A DNA stretch of 6,003 bases from a virus (lineage: Duplodnaviria > Heunggongvirae > Uroviricota > Caudoviricetes): the IMG/VR virus record IMGVR_UViG_2541047173_000020; one strand, written 5' to 3'. The notes below the pieces were generated by a model. The model was not told the DNA's origin. It saw only the letters and a program-made list of their open reading frames with translations, and did not search any database. Positions 5,687 to 6,003 of the stretch are shown piece by piece. Numbering within the stretch: the stretch's first letter is position 1; the number at the start of each line of letters is the position of its first letter. The translations under genes were made by a program, and so were the position numbers.

Positions 5687-5779
5687 AACCAATTTCCTCT
5701 CGAGTAACAGACCCCTCAGAGGATACCACCTCGCCTGACGTGGTTAAAAAGCAGGCAACGCTAACCACAAGGAGCCGAC

Positions 5780-5998
5780 ATGCAGAAACGAGACCCCGTC
5801 ATCATCGCGCCAGACTATACCGATGATGAACTTTATGAGTGGATGCACCAGAAAATTAAGGCGGTGCAGGACCTGAAATGGGCCAATGAAGCCAGGGCTA
5901 AGCAGGCTGAAAATCTGTCCGCTCTGGAGCAGGATATCACCAATCTGGAAAAAGCAGCGGCATTAAGCATTGCCAGAATGATTACATACCCACGTTAA
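5780..5998 (+). CDS. Hypothetical small phage protein, 72 aa (early-left operon candidate)
   Basis: AAGGAG SD at 5770-5775, 4 nt before the ATG at 5780; complete ORF with TAA at 5996-5998. Product MQKRDPVIIAPDYTDDELYEWMHQKIKAVQDLKWANEARAKQAENLSALEQDI... is predicted helical or coiled-coil-like. No family recognised. Confidence 0.7.
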   Translation: MQKRDPVIIAPDYTDDELYEWMHQKIKAVQDLKWANEARAKQAENLSALEQDITNLEKAAALSIARMITYPR

Positions 5999-6003
5999 TA
6001 GCT

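Noticed and set aside
1-6003. CRISPR array, tRNA, rRNA, integrase or transposase
   Set aside because: No regularly spaced repeat-spacer array, no cloverleaf-like or rRNA-like segment, and no recombinase-like ORF was seen; the only repeats are the short iteron and hexamer repeats inside the replication gene.

Overview
This window looks like the immunity and early-replication core of a lambdoid (Rac / CP-933P-type) enterobacterial prophage; all calls rest on reading the sequence and on motifs recalled from memory, with no database search. On the minus strand, read right to left, there is a tightly packed operon: a Cro-like HTH gene (ydaS-like), a CII-like gene (ydaT-like), a 170-aa unknown, a replication initiator (lambda O analog) carrying internal repeats, a DnaC-like helicase loader, and a partial gene running off the left edge. 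Diverging from it on the plus strand is a three-gene module that matches the PaaR2-PaaA2-ParE2 three-component toxin-antitoxin system: a CI-type regulator with an apparently leaderless start, a 63-aa antitoxin and a 92-aa ParE-family toxin. That module sits where lambda carries cI-rexA-rexB, and it is flanked by two inverted copies of a promoter/operator block. Further right are a hairpin, a long leader, a small zinc-ribbon ORF (minus) and a 72-aa ORF (plus). The parts most worth follow-up are the operator architecture, the repeat clusters inside the replication gene (candidate origin), the 170-aa unknown with its antisense ORF, and the zinc-ribbon ORF. No tRNA, rRNA, CRISPR array or transposase was seen.
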